This document shows positions 41,340 to 51,478 of a stretch of DNA of 64,000 nt, in pieces. The DNA lies in contig NZ_JHUV01000009.1 in NCBI RefSeq assembly GCF_000619805.1, forward strand, positions 101,771 to 165,770, written 5' to 3'. The position numbers and the translations under genes were made by a program. The notes under the pieces were generated by a model, which saw only the letters and a program-made list of their open reading frames with translations, searched no databases and was not told the DNA's origin. The stretch is from Sulfurihydrogenibium subterraneum DSM 15120. GTDB lineage: Bacteria; Aquificota; Aquificia; Aquificales; Hydrogenothermaceae. Position 1 is the stretch's first letter. Every line of letters starts with the position of its first letter.

Positions 41340-41560
41340 GGTACACTTACAGATACTAACTGGTAAACAAATGTAATCAAAAGATTATAAAAAATTGTTT
41401 ACCAGTGTTCTCTTGCAGTGTACCCGTAATGGCCTTCTACCTGCTATCTCTAATAAAGACTCGCAGGTTACTTTTGAAATTAAGTTAAGTGTTAATCTTA
41501 TCGGCCTCGAAAGTTTGTCTATTAGTGTTTCCTCGTCTATTAGAGGCTTTGCCTCTTTCC
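41338..41560 (-). ncRNA. candidate omega-RNA (reRNA)-like scaffold overlapping the tnpB 3' end and right end
   Basis: By analogy with IS605 TnpB elements, the omega-RNA derives from the tnpB 3' end plus the right end. This ~220-bp segment is the part conserved in the ORF-less derivative copy, and it contains nested inverted repeats (41360-41370/41395-41405 and 41340-41352/41413-41425). Confidence 0.3.
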
Positions 41561-43007
41561 TTAATATGTTATAACTCCCTACTGCATTTGCGTTAAATAC
41601 TTTATTCGTTATGTTATCTTTATATAGCCCTCTTTTTATTCTTATTCCGTTATAAAGTTGGTTTAATTTCTCTTTTAACTGCTTTAAAATTCCTTCATTC
41701 CCTTCCGTTTTTGCTTTTAAATACTCTTTCCCTGTTTCTAATACTTTGTGTAAATCTGCAAATGGTGATGTCTTACTTGTAAATTCTTCTGCTACTTCTG
41801 TTAATTTTACTCCGTATTCTTCTAATTTATATTTTAACTGATTTATTAGCTTTCTAAAAGGTATGTTTACAAAGTTTTGGTTTGTTTTTGTGCTGAGGTT
41901 TATTCCGTTTTTACTTTCTGTTGCTCCTTTTCCTATATAGACTTCTTTATGTCCTGTTTCATTTAAAAAGTCTGTTATTTTTCTTGTTATCTTATGGAAT
42001 GTATCTGTTATCCATCTGTTTCTGTATGCTGATAATTCTTTTTGTTTTTTTATTAGTAGTTTCTTTTCTTTCTCTAAGGCTGTTGTATCTAAATTGTCTT
42101 TTTGTAGTTTGTTTATCTGGTTTTGAATGTTATCTATTTTTGATTGCAGTTTTGCTTTTTCTTTGTTATACCACTGATTTATTGATTTTATTTCTTTGCC
42201 TGATACTATTATTGTCTGTAATTCTTTGTTTGTTGAAAAGAGTGTTATTAGATTATCAAGTCCTAAATCTATTCCTGCTATGTGTGTTTTTTCTTGATTA
42301 GAGTTAATTTGTGTTTCTGGTATTGTGTAAACTATATCCACGTATATATCGCTTGCTATAAACTTTATTCTTGCTGATTTTATTTCATAGTTAAAGTCTT
42401 TTGGTAATTTTACTTTTAGATACTGTTTTTCTTCTTTATTATTTGTTAGTGTTATTAGTAGATGTTTTCCTTTTTCTTCTTCTAATACTTTAAATGTGTT
42501 TACATTAAGTTCTGCTGTAAATGATGGAATGTCTTTTAATTTTTTAGCTTTTGGTGGTCTTGGAATTGCATTGAAGGAATTTGAATTTTCTTTATATTTT
42601 TGTATGCTTTTGAAAAAACTTTTGTAGTCTTTTATAAGTTGTCTTATTAGTGTTTGGACTGTGTAGTTGTTTTTTATTTTTTGTTTTTGTTTTATTAGTT
42701 TATCTTGAAAATCTTTTAGCTGGTTTACTTTCTCTATATTATCTGTAATAGTTTTAAATTCTTTAAGTTTTTCTATGAAATTCTCTTTACTTTCTCTTGG
42801 TTTATAACCTTTATTATTTACAAGTGCATACAGATAACTCTCATTTAGTATCCATCTTCCGTAGTTTTGTTGATATATTTTGTTGAAGATAATAAGCAGG
42901 TTTCTAAATTGCGCTAATGAGTATAGAAGGTTTGATATTTTTTCTTTTCTCTGTTTTCCGCTTATCCTGATGCTTAGTATTCTTTTTGCTGTTTTATTTA
43001 ATTGCAT
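41385..43007 (-). CDS. TnpB-like (IS605 OrfB family) protein, 540 aa, with degenerate RuvC-II/III residues and no zinc finger
   Basis: TnpB-like N-terminal region (RILSIRISGKQRKEKISNLLYSLAQFRNLLIIFNKIY), a WED-like segment, and a RuvC-I motif IAGIDLGLDNL. The YKLEEYGVKLTEVAEEFTSKTSP segment aligns to the TnpB RuvC-II to zinc-finger junction but has no Cys. The RuvC-III-like motif FNANAVGSYNIL carries Asn where the catalytic Asp is expected. The whole protein has only 2 Cys. Confidence 0.6.
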   Translation of the reverse strand: MQLNKTAKRILSIRISGKQRKEKISNLLYSLAQFRNLLIIFNKIYQQNYGRWILNESYLYALVNNKGYKPRESKENFIEKLKEFKTITDNIEKVNQLKDFQDKLIKQKQKIKNNYTVQTLIRQLIKDYKSFFKSIQKYKENSNSFNAIPRPPKAKKLKDIPSFTAELNVNTFKVLEEEKGKHLLITLTNNKEEKQYLKVKLPKDFNYEIKSARIKFIASDIYVDIVYTIPETQINSNQEKTHIAGIDLGLDNLITLFSTNKELQTIIVSGKEIKSINQWYNKEKAKLQSKIDNIQNQINKLQKDNLDTTALEKEKKLLIKKQKELSAYRNRWITDTFHKITRKITDFLNETGHKEVYIGKGATESKNGINLSTKTNQNFVNIPFRKLINQLKYKLEEYGVKLTEVAEEFTSKTSPFADLHKVLETGKEYLKAKTEGNEGILKQLKEKLNQLYNGIRIKRGLYKDNITNKVFNANAVGSYNILRKEAKPLIDEETLIDKLSRPIRLTLNLISKVTCESLLEIAGRRPLRVHCKRTLVNNFL

Positions 43008-43118
43008 TTAATATTTTTTTTGCTTTTATTTGTATAATCATATAATTTTTTGATATAATTTGTCAATAAGTTTTAAGAAACTATAGGCTATATATTCACT
43101 AAAAAGAGAGGTTTAAAA

Positions 43119-44252
43119 ATGGCACTACCAACATTAAGAATAGGAAAATATGAGATAGAGTATCCTATAATACAAGGAGGTATGGGAGTAGGTATATCTT
43201 GGGAGAACTTAGCTGGAAACGTAAGCAAAAATGGCTGTCTTGGTGTTGTATCCTCTGTTGGAACAGGTTATAGACATCCTAACTACGTTAAATTAAAAGA
43301 TGGAAGACCTGTAGGTAGTAAGTATATACACAATAAAGAAGCTCTGACAAAAATAATAAAAGATGCTAAAGAGATTGCAGGTGGAGAAAAAGCTGTAATA
43401 GGTGTTAACATACTTTGTGCAATTACAGACTATGACAGAGTTGTTAGAGATTCAATTGAAGCAGGAGCAAACATTATTATATCTGGAGCAGGACTTCCAC
43501 TTAGACTGCCAGAATACGCTGAAGGGTCAGACGCTGCATTAGTACCAATAGTATCATCTGCAAGGGCATTAAGAGTGATATGTAAACACTGGAAGAAAAA
43601 ATACAACAGACTACCTGATGCAGTAGTTTTAGAAGGACCTTTATCTGGTGGACACCAAGGTATCCCTTACGAAGACTGTTTTAAACCTGAATACCAACTG
43701 GAAAACCTACTACCAGAAGTTTTAAAAGAGAGAGACATGTGGGGAGACTTTCCCGTTATAGTGGCCGGTGGTATATGGAGTAAAGAAGATATTGAGTGGT
43801 ACATTTCTCAAGGTGCAGCTGGTGTTCAGATGGGAACAAGGTTTGTAGGTACATACGAATGTGATGCTTCTATGGAGTTTAAAAAAGTTATAATAAACGC
43901 GAAAAAGGAAGATATTGTTCTTTTAAAATCTCCTGTTGGATATCCTGCAAGAGGGATAGTTACAAAGCTGATTAAAGATATAGAGAATGGTACAGCTCCA
44001 GAGGTTAAATGTGCTTCTAACTGTGTAGTTCCTTGCAACCACGGAGAAGAGGCTAAAAAAGTAGGCTACTGTATAGCAGATAGGCTGGGAGATGCCTACC
44101 TTGGAAGGGTAGAAACAGGACTATTCTTTTCAGGTGCAAACGGCTATAGGATAAAAAGGCTCGTATCTGTAAAAGACCTTATAAGAGAATTGGTGGAAGG
44201 TATTCCTTCTGGGCAGGAAATTCCAGAAGAAATAGAATTAGTAAAAACTTAA
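43119..44252 (+). CDS. NAD(P)H-dependent flavin oxidoreductase, nitronate monooxygenase/FabK-like family
   Basis: TIM-barrel FMN motif (PIIQGGMGVGISW..., GAAGVQMGTRF). Confidence 0.8.
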   Translation: MALPTLRIGKYEIEYPIIQGGMGVGISWENLAGNVSKNGCLGVVSSVGTGYRHPNYVKLKDGRPVGSKYIHNKEALTKIIKDAKEIAGGEKAVIGVNILCAITDYDRVVRDSIEAGANIIISGAGLPLRLPEYAEGSDAALVPIVSSARALRVICKHWKKKYNRLPDAVVLEGPLSGGHQGIPYEDCFKPEYQLENLLPEVLKERDMWGDFPVIVAGGIWSKEDIEWYISQGAAGVQMGTRFVGTYECDASMEFKKVIINAKKEDIVLLKSPVGYPARGIVTKLIKDIENGTAPEVKCASNCVVPCNHGEEAKKVGYCIADRLGDAYLGRVETGLFFSGANGYRIKRLVSVKDLIRELVEGIPSGQEIPEEIELVKT

Positions 44253-44265
44253 AAATGGTAAAAGG

Positions 44266-46278
44266 GTGGAGGCTTTACTTACAGGTTGGATTGTATACTT
44301 TGGAGTATTTTATCTAACTAAGCATAGAGAAGTTAAATATGAATCTGTTTTTTATACAATCATAGCTTTTTTTGTTTCATTATTAGAGTTATACCTTTAT
44401 TATAAAACGTACGCTTTTACTTTATTTCCATTTATAATTTTTTTACTTGCCGTTTCCCTTTTTAATCCAAATAAAAAAAGATACATTATTTTGTTTTTTT
44501 ACTATTTCTTGTTATCTGGATTTAGTTTTTACTTTTCTAATGTTAGAGATTTATTAGTTTCGATGAGTTATTTACCACTATTTACGTTCTCTCTAACATC
44601 AAATAGACAAACAGTTATTTTTTATACATTATCTATTTTTTTATCTTTCATATCTTACTTTAATGAATTTTTATCGTTAGGATTAATATTAGTATTTATT
44701 TCTTTTTATAACATTCTTAATTATCTATCAAAAATTGAAGACGAAAAAGAGAGTTTTAAAATTTCAGTTGCAAAAACGATAGATAGTGAGATAAAAAGAG
44801 AGTTTGAAAAGTTAGAGTTTAAACTTCAAACAGCTTATAAAAAGTTAAAAGAACTTTTTAAATTAAGTATTTTTACAGTTAAAGAACTTTCGTCCTCAGA
44901 TATGGCAAATAAGATAGTTGAGGGGCTTGTTAATATGGGCTACAGTGGGACTTTTGTAAAACTTACAAAGGAAGGTATTCAAAAAAAAGAAGGATTTTTT
45001 CCAAACTACAAAATTTACGTCAATTCTGATGAATATTCTGTAGCTCTTTATGACGATAACAAAGTTGTTTTAATTCCTTTAACAAGTGAAAATCAAAATT
45101 TGGGGATGATAGGAGTTTACTCTAAGATCCCCCTTACTGCTGAAGAGGTAGAATTTTTAATCACTTATGCTAACACTATATCAACATCTATTGCAAAAAC
45201 TAACTTTCTTTTAGAAAAAATTAAATTGAGAGATTTAGTACAAAAAACTATAGAATCTATAGATTTAGGAATTATTGTTTTAAATAAGGAATTTAATATA
45301 GAACTTATCAACAAATCAGCCAAAATCTTACTTAGGGAAGATGAAGAATCTGAAAATTTCTTTGGACATTTTACTATTTTAAAAAATATGGAGAATGAAT
45401 TTAAAGAAGTTATAAACTCAAAAAAGAGTTTTGAGAAAAAAATAACAATTTCAGAAAATCCAAAAAAAATTTGGGAAATAAAAGCTTTTCCAATTTTAAC
45501 TCAAGAAGAAACTATCGAAAATATTGTTATAATTATAGAAGATATTACAGAAAAAGTAGAAATGGAAAATCAAATACTACAGTCTGAAAAGTTGGCAGTC
45601 ATTGGAAGATTGGTTGCAAGTATATCCCATGAAGTTAAAAATCCTTTATCTATAATAAACCAGAGCGCGTATTCGTTAAAGAGAAAAATTAACAAAGCTT
45701 GTAAAGAAAACATTGATGATCTTTTAGGACCGATTGATAGGATAGAAAGAAATGTTCATAGGGCAAACGATATAGTTGAAAGGTTGCTGAATTTTACTAA
45801 ACCTTATTATTCCAAAGTCGAAACTATAACTTTGAAGGAAGTTCTAGAAGAAGCAATAAAATTATCCTTTTTGCAAGCCAAAAGATCCGATATTTCAATT
45901 TCTAAAAGATTGACTAATGCTTATATTAAAGGTGATAAAAATGCTTTAGTTCAGTTATTTATAAATATTTTAATAAATGCAATAGAATCTATAAAGAACA
46001 AAGGTTCTATAATTATAAAAACTTATAAGAATAAAAAAGATGGTAAAGTCATAATTAAAATAAAGGATACGGGAATAGGGATTCCTTCAGAATACTTGGA
46101 TAAAATTTTTGAACCATTTTTTACAACAAAAGAAAGTGGTACAGGACTTGGTCTTGCTGTCGCTTATAGAATTGTAGAAAGCCACGGTGGTAAAATATAC
46201 GTTGAAAGCGAGGAAGGGAAAGGCACAGAATTTACAGTAGAACTACCTTTGTATAGAGAGGGAGATGATGGAAAGTAA
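44266..46278 (+). CDS. sensor histidine kinase with a multi-TM N-terminal domain
   Basis: ~6 TM segments, a PAS/GAF-like middle region, an HisKA H-box (SHEVKNPLS), and HATPase N/G boxes ([15 protein letters not shown]). GTG start. Confidence 0.85.
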   Translation: MEALLTGWIVYFGVFYLTKHREVKYESVFYTIIAFFVSLLELYLYYKTYAFTLFPFIIFLLAVSLFNPNKKRYIILFFYYFLLSGFSFYFSNVRDLLVSMSYLPLFTFSLTSNRQTVIFYTLSIFLSFISYFNEFLSLGLILVFISFYNILNYLSKIEDEKESFKISVAKTIDSEIKREFEKLEFKLQTAYKKLKELFKLSIFTVKELSSSDMANKIVEGLVNMGYSGTFVKLTKEGIQKKEGFFPNYKIYVNSDEYSVALYDDNKVVLIPLTSENQNLGMIGVYSKIPLTAEEVEFLITYANTISTSIAKTNFLLEKIKLRDLVQKTIESIDLGIIVLNKEFNIELINKSAKILLREDEESENFFGHFTILKNMENEFKEVINSKKSFEKKITISENPKKIWEIKAFPILTQEETIENIVIIIEDITEKVEMENQILQSEKLAVIGRLVASISHEVKNPLSIINQSAYSLKRKINKACKENIDDLLGPIDRIERNVHRANDIVERLLNFTKPYYSKVETITLKEVLEEAIKLSFLQAKRSDISISKRLTNAYIKGDKNALVQLFINILINAIESIKNKGSIIIKTYKNKKDGKVIIKIKDTGIGIPSEYLDKIFEPFFTTKESGTGLGLAVAYRIVESHGGKIYVESEEGKGTEFTVELPLYREGDDGK

Positions 46279-47674
46279 AGGCTACATACTTTTAGTAGAT
46301 GACGAAGAAGACATTTTGTTGTCATTTAAAGAGATTCTTGAAGATGAAGGCTATAAAGTTGACATATCTCCAGACCCAAAAAAAGCTATTGAAATGGTGA
46401 AACAGAACGATTACGACCTTATAATATCAGACCTTAAAATGCCACAAATGACTGGCGACGAATTTTTAAAAGAGATAAGAAAATTTAATGACATCTCCAG
46501 TTTCATAGTTTTAACCGCTTACGGAACAGTTGATACAGCTGTAGATTGTATGAAACATGGTGCGTTTGATTACATATCAAAACCTATCGATTTTAACGAT
46601 GAAAGAACTTGGAACATGATAAAGGAAGCTATAGAACTTTCTAAATCTAAGAAAAATACTATTTTTTACAAAAACTATTTGGCTACTCTAAAAAACTCTT
46701 CTGATATAGAAAATATAATTACTGTAAACCCCTTAATGAAAGAGATTTTAGAGTATTTGAAAAAAATTGCTAACTTTGACTTTACAGTTTTGATATACGG
46801 TGAAAGTGGTGTAGGTAAAGAGTTATTTGCGAAGGCTATACATAATTTAAGTAATAGAAGAAACAAAATATTTTTACCTATAAACTGTGCAACTATTTCT
46901 AAAGATGTTATGGAATCTGAATTTTTTGGCGTTAAAAAAGGCGTTTTTACTGGAGCTGACACAGACAGAGCAGGTATATTAGAGATGGCAGATGGAGGAA
47001 CTGTCTTCTTAGATGAAATATCAGAGATGCCTTTAGACCTTCAAGCTAAATTTTTAAGATTTTTACAAGAAAAAGAAGTAAGGAGAATAGGAGATACAGT
47101 TTCTAAAAAGGTTGACGTTAGAGTGATAGCAGCTACAAACAAAGACCTAAAACAACTTGTAAAAGAAGGGAAATTCAGAGAAGACCTTTACTACAGACTA
47201 GAAGGAATAAAGATAGAGATACCACCTTTAAGAGAGAGAAAGGAAGATATTCCTATTTTGGCCTACCACTTTTTAGAAGAGTTCAACAAAAATTATCAAA
47301 CAAATATAAAAGGATTTACACAAGAAGCTTTACAACTTCTTGTTAACTATCACTGGGAAGGAAATGTTCGTCAACTTGAAAACGTTGTAAGGGAAGCTTG
47401 TATAATCGCCCTTGCAAAAAAAGAATACATAGATGCTTCCTGTTTACCTTCCTACATATCAGGGCAGGATAACAGTAAAGCTATGATTTTTGATTACAAC
47501 TTGGCAAAAAAGTTAAACGACCAGACCTTTACAACTAAGTATTTAAAAAATCTTCTTGCTTTCACAAAAGGAAATATTTCCAGAGCCGCAAGACTTGCAA
47601 ATATAGAGAGACAGTCTTTACAAAAACTTCTTAAAAAGTACGGTGTAGACCCTTCAGAGTTTAGAAAAGAGTGA
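46265..47674 (+). CDS. sigma54-dependent response regulator (NtrC family)
   Basis: A receiver domain (DLIISDLKMP), an AAA+ sigma54 activator domain (GESGVGKE, GAFTGA-like VFTGADT), and a C-terminal Fis-type HTH. Confidence 0.9.
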   Translation: MMESKGYILLVDDEEDILLSFKEILEDEGYKVDISPDPKKAIEMVKQNDYDLIISDLKMPQMTGDEFLKEIRKFNDISSFIVLTAYGTVDTAVDCMKHGAFDYISKPIDFNDERTWNMIKEAIELSKSKKNTIFYKNYLATLKNSSDIENIITVNPLMKEILEYLKKIANFDFTVLIYGESGVGKELFAKAIHNLSNRRNKIFLPINCATISKDVMESEFFGVKKGVFTGADTDRAGILEMADGGTVFLDEISEMPLDLQAKFLRFLQEKEVRRIGDTVSKKVDVRVIAATNKDLKQLVKEGKFREDLYYRLEGIKIEIPPLRERKEDIPILAYHFLEEFNKNYQTNIKGFTQEALQLLVNYHWEGNVRQLENVVREACIIALAKKEYIDASCLPSYISGQDNSKAMIFDYNLAKKLNDQTFTTKYLKNLLAFTKGNISRAARLANIERQSLQKLLKKYGVDPSEFRKE

Positions 47675-48214
47675 TTATTTATCTAAGAATATTTTAGAAC
47701 CTGTAGTACCTCTTTGACCTTGGTACTTTCCTCTGTAAGGCTTCTCGGCTTTATCTACCATTTGAGCAAAAACCAGCTGACATATTCTCATCTCTGGGTA
47801 TATCTTTATAGGGACAGAGTTTGCATTGTAAAATTCAAGGGTAATAGTTCCTTCAAACCCTGCATCTACCCATCCAGCATTTTCTATAAAAAGTCCAAGC
47901 CTGCCTAAAGAAGACCTTCCCTCTACAAAAGCAGTTATAAAATCTGGAAGTTTTATATACTCTATAGTTGTTGCTAAGACAAACTGTTTAGGTTTTATTA
48001 TAAAACCTTCTGTAGAAGCTTCCTCTTTTACCAATCTGTTTGAAAAATAAGGGTCTTTTACATCTAAAACGTCAATATCTTCTGGATAAACTAAAAAGTC
48101 GTATCCAAGTCTTAAATCTACAGAAGATGGTTGTATCTGAACATCATCAAGAGGGTCTATAACAAGTAAGCCTTCACTTATATACTTTCTTATGGTCTTG
48201 TCATTTAAAATCAT
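47675..48214 (-). CDS. dcd: dCTP deaminase
   Basis: MILNDKTIRKYI...VDLRLG and a dUTPase-like fold. Confidence 0.9.
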   Translation of the reverse strand: MILNDKTIRKYISEGLLVIDPLDDVQIQPSSVDLRLGYDFLVYPEDIDVLDVKDPYFSNRLVKEEASTEGFIIKPKQFVLATTIEYIKLPDFITAFVEGRSSLGRLGLFIENAGWVDAGFEGTITLEFYNANSVPIKIYPEMRICQLVFAQMVDKAEKPYRGKYQGQRGTTGSKIFLDK

Positions 48215-48250
48215 TGTATTATATTATAGCAAAATTTTTTTATAAAAGAG

Positions 48251-48784
48251 GTGTTTAAGTTGACTATTTATCTAAATCTTAAAGAAGAGCTTAAAAGAGA
48301 GCCTTTTAAAGAAATAGATTTAAAAATTCCTTTAAAAGATTTAGACTTACCAGAAAATTATTATCCTGAAGATAAAGACTTAGACATTAAACTACATCTT
48401 TTAAAAGACAAAGATGGATACGTAATTACGATAACTTTAAACACAACTATAAATATGAGTTGTGATAGATGTTTAACAGTTTTTCCTCAAAAGTTTGACT
48501 TTACAGAAAGTATAGTATTTACAAAAAATTTAGATAAACATCAAGAACTAACTGAAGAAGACCTATACTCTGAATACTTGGAAGATGAAGAAAAGTTTAA
48601 CTTAAATGAGTTTGTTAGAGAAGAGATTATAGTTAACACACCTATGAAAGTGTTATGTAGTGAAGATTGTAAAGGTTTATGTCCTTACTGTGGTATTAAC
48701 AAAAACGAAGAATCTTGCGATTGTGAAATTAAGATGAGAAGAAAAGAATCTCCTTTTGCAAAACTTCAAAAACTTCTAAAGTAA
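48251..48784 (+). CDS. yceD: YceD/DUF177 family protein (large ribosomal subunit accumulation)
   Basis: An acidic protein with a C-terminal Cys cluster (CKGLCPYCG...CDC), in the conserved position upstream of rpmF-plsX-fabH. Confidence 0.8.
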   Translation: MFKLTIYLNLKEELKREPFKEIDLKIPLKDLDLPENYYPEDKDLDIKLHLLKDKDGYVITITLNTTINMSCDRCLTVFPQKFDFTESIVFTKNLDKHQELTEEDLYSEYLEDEEKFNLNEFVREEIIVNTPMKVLCSEDCKGLCPYCGINKNEESCDCEIKMRRKESPFAKLQKLLK

Positions 48785-48831
48785 TCTGGTATAATATTTG
48801 CTTTAATTTTGAAAAAGGAGGTTTTTTAGAT

Positions 48832-49008
48832 ATGGCAGTACCAAAGAGGAAAAAATCAAAAGCTAAAACAGCAATGAGAAGAGCACAGTGGAAACTATCA
48901 TTACCAGGCTTATCTTTATGCCCTGAGTGTGGACAGCCAAAAGCTCCCCACAGAGTTTGCCCTCACTGTGGATACTACAAAAATAAAGAGGTAATTGAGG
49001 TCGTATAA
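48832..49008 (+). CDS. rpmF: 50S ribosomal protein L32
   Basis: [22 protein letters not shown]...[20 protein letters not shown] (58 aa, with a zinc ribbon). It is below the 60-aa ORF-track cutoff and has a GGAGG RBS. Confidence 0.9.
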   Translation: MAVPKRKKSKAKTAMRRAQWKLSLPGLSLCPECGQPKAPHRVCPHCGYYKNKEVIEVV

Positions 49009-50070
49009 GTGTATATAGCCCTTGATGCAATGGGAGGAGACTACGCTCCTCTCTGTAATATAAAAGGTGCGATAGAATTTGCAAAAGAGTATAAAATAGG
49101 AGTTTACTTAGTAGGGAATGAAGAAATCCTAAAACAAGAAATCAAAAAACATAATCTATCAATAGAAAATCTACCTATAGAAATTATCAATGCTCCTGAA
49201 GTTATAGAGATGCACGAAGCTCCTTCTGTAGCTCTAAGAAAAAAAAGAAACTCTTCAATGCATGTAGCCGGTAAACTTGTAAGAGAAGAGAAAGCTTCTG
49301 CTTTTGTTTCAGCAGGAAATACTGGCGCAGCTATGAGTGTAGGAAAGTTTATAATTGGAGCTGCTGAAGGAATAGAAAGACCCGGAATTGCAGTTGCTTT
49401 CCCGAATAAAAAAGGTGGAAGAACTGTTTTAATAGATGTAGGAGCAAATGTTGACAGCAGACCAAGACATCTTCTTTACTTTGCAGTGATGGGACATACA
49501 TATGTAAAAGAGATACTAAAAACCTCTGATAATCCTCGTGTAGGAATACTAAGCATAGGAGAGGAAGAAGGAAAAGGAAACGAACTTGTGAAAGATACAT
49601 ATCCACTTCTTAAAATGACAAATTTAAACTTTGTAGGTAATGCAGAAGGGAGAGACATTTTTACTGGAGATTTTGACGTTATTGTGTGTGATGGATTTGT
49701 AGGAAATGTAGTTTTAAAAACCAGTGAAAGCCTTGGAATGATAATTCTTGAAATGATTAAAGAAGAAGTAGAAAAAAGTTTAGTCTCTAAGATAGGAGCT
49801 GCTCTTATGCTACCTGCTTTAAGAAGATTTAAAAAGAAAGCAGATTTCGCAGAATACGGAGGGGCCCCTCTTTTAGGGACTAAAGGAACATGTATAATAA
49901 CCCACGGAAGAGCTGACGAGAGAGCTATAAAAAATGCTTTAAAATTTGCATCTGAATTTGTGAATCACGACTTTAACAAAAAGTTATTAGATAATATAAA
50001 TCTACTACTTCCAGAAGAGTTAAGAAAATCCAAAGAAGATGATTTAAATGGAGATTTAAATGGGCAGTAA
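49009..50070 (+). CDS. plsX: phosphate acyltransferase PlsX
   Basis: [13 protein letters not shown]-terminus and the PlsX fold. GTG start directly after the rpmF stop. Confidence 0.95.
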   Translation: MYIALDAMGGDYAPLCNIKGAIEFAKEYKIGVYLVGNEEILKQEIKKHNLSIENLPIEIINAPEVIEMHEAPSVALRKKRNSSMHVAGKLVREEKASAFVSAGNTGAAMSVGKFIIGAAEGIERPGIAVAFPNKKGGRTVLIDVGANVDSRPRHLLYFAVMGHTYVKEILKTSDNPRVGILSIGEEEGKGNELVKDTYPLLKMTNLNFVGNAEGRDIFTGDFDVIVCDGFVGNVVLKTSESLGMIILEMIKEEVEKSLVSKIGAALMLPALRRFKKKADFAEYGGAPLLGTKGTCIITHGRADERAIKNALKFASEFVNHDFNKKLLDNINLLLPEELRKSKEDDLNGDLNGQ

Positions 50071-50992
50071 AATAACTGGCCTTGGAATGTACGTTCCAGA
50101 AAGAGTCTTAACAAACTTTGATTTAGAAAAAATATTGGATACATCAGACGAATGGATTACAACAAGAACAGGTATAAAAGAAAGGCATATAGCTGATGAG
50201 TGGGTAAAGGCAAGTGATTTAGCATTACATTCATCAAAAGAAGCTATAGAGATGGCTGGAATATCTCCAAAAGATATTGACGTTATTTTAGTTGCAACAT
50301 CTACCCCTGATATGATATTCCCATCAACAGCCTGTTTTCTATCTGATAAGTTAGGATGTAAAAATCCAATGGCTTTTGACTTTTCAGCTGCTTGTAGTGG
50401 GTTTATATATGGTCTTACTATAGCTGATAGTTTTATAAAATCTGGAAAAGCAAATCACATTTTAGTTGTAGGAAGTGAAGTTTTTTCTAAGATAATAGAT
50501 TGGTCTGATAGAACTACTGCAGTACTTTTTGGAGATGGGTCGGGAGCGATTGTTTTGTCTAAATCCAATGATAGTAGTGATATACTTTCTACAGTTATGA
50601 AATCTGAAGGTTCTCACTGGCAATTGCTTCACTGTCAAGTTGGTGAAAAACTGAGAATGCAAGGAAGAGAAACGTTTAAACATGCTATAAAATCTATGGA
50701 GCAAGCTTGTAATAAAGCTTTAGCCAAGGCTGGATTAACAAAAGATGATATAAAACTTGTAATACCTCATCAAGCAAATATTAGAATAATAGATGCATTG
50801 GCAGAAAAGTTAGAAATTCCAAAAGAAAAAGTTTACGTTAATATTCATAAGTATGGAAATACAAGTGCAGCCTCTATACCTATTGCTATGTATGAGGCTT
50901 ATAAAGAAGGAAAAATAAATAGAGATGATTATATTCTTTTAACTGCCTTTGGTGGCGGTTTAACGTGGGGAGCTGTAGTTATAAGATTTTAA
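50060..50992 (+). CDS. fabH: 3-oxoacyl-ACP synthase III
   Basis: Catalytic Cys (AACSGF) with His/Asn motifs, and a C-terminal GGGLTWGA. Confidence 0.95.
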   Translation: MGSKITGLGMYVPERVLTNFDLEKILDTSDEWITTRTGIKERHIADEWVKASDLALHSSKEAIEMAGISPKDIDVILVATSTPDMIFPSTACFLSDKLGCKNPMAFDFSAACSGFIYGLTIADSFIKSGKANHILVVGSEVFSKIIDWSDRTTAVLFGDGSGAIVLSKSNDSSDILSTVMKSEGSHWQLLHCQVGEKLRMQGRETFKHAIKSMEQACNKALAKAGLTKDDIKLVIPHQANIRIIDALAEKLEIPKEKVYVNIHKYGNTSAASIPIAMYEAYKEGKINRDDYILLTAFGGGLTWGAVVIRF

Positions 50993-51477
50993 AACTCTAT
51001 ATTCTTTTCAAAATCTTCTGGTTTTAGAGAGTCTATCCACTCTTTTATATCTTCTTCTTCTAAATCTATTTCTTTATTTCCATTTTTTACCTGGTTTAAG
51101 ACTTCTTGGGATACGTATATCGGACTTCCTGACCTTAAGGCTATGTTCACAGCATCACTTGGTCTTGCATCTACTTCAACTATATTTCCGTTTGCATCTT
51201 TCAGAATTATTGAAGCGTAGAACGTATTATCCTTTACAGTATGTATATTTACTTTTTCCACTGTTGAAGATAAAGATTCTATTAGTGTTGTTATTAAATC
51301 GTACGTTAATGGTCTTGGGTAGGTCATACACTCTAAATACATAGCTATCGAGTTTGCTTCAAAAACTCCTATCCAGATAGTAAGAATATCGTTGGTTTCT
51401 TTCCCTTTTAGCACTAAAACAGGCATGTTTGTAATTGGGTCTAAAGTGATTCCTTGTACGTCCATTTCTACCATCAT
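50989..51477 (-). CDS. bifunctional nuclease (BFN/DUF151) family protein
   Basis: [28 protein letters not shown] matches the DUF151/BFN pattern. Confidence 0.7.
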   Translation of the reverse strand: MMVEMDVQGITLDPITNMPVLVLKGKETNDILTIWIGVFEANSIAMYLECMTYPRPLTYDLITTLIESLSSTVEKVNIHTVKDNTFYASIILKDANGNIVEVDARPSDAVNIALRSGSPIYVSQEVLNQVKNGNKEIDLEEEDIKEWIDSLKPEDFEKNIEF

Positions 51478-51478
51478 T

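Larger units (their letters stand above)
41338..43080 (-). mobile_element. IS605/IS1341-like element carrying only a tnpB-like gene, with no tnpA
   Basis: Boundaries come from alignment with the internally deleted copy at 56958-57231. The left end is the shared ~85 bp at 43000-43080, and the right end is ~200 bp ending in the imperfect palindrome GGTACACTTACAG...CTTGCAGTGTACC at 41340-41425. Confidence 0.55.

Noticed and set aside
41338-41560. Looked for an anti-repeat (a complement of GTTTTGTCTGAACTATGTGGGATAGAAAG) in either copy of the element's 3' scaffold, which would indicate a tracrRNA.
   Set aside because: No convincing complementary stretch was found by eye (only CTATCTC versus CTATCCC). 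There is therefore no sequence evidence for repeat:anti-repeat pairing.
41385-43007. Considered whether the 540-aa RuvC-like protein is a Cas12 effector belonging to the CRISPR array.
   Set aside because: The array is 13 kb away, with housekeeping genes in between and no cas1/cas2. The protein is flanked by IS-like ends that recur elsewhere, so it is better explained as a TnpB-family element.
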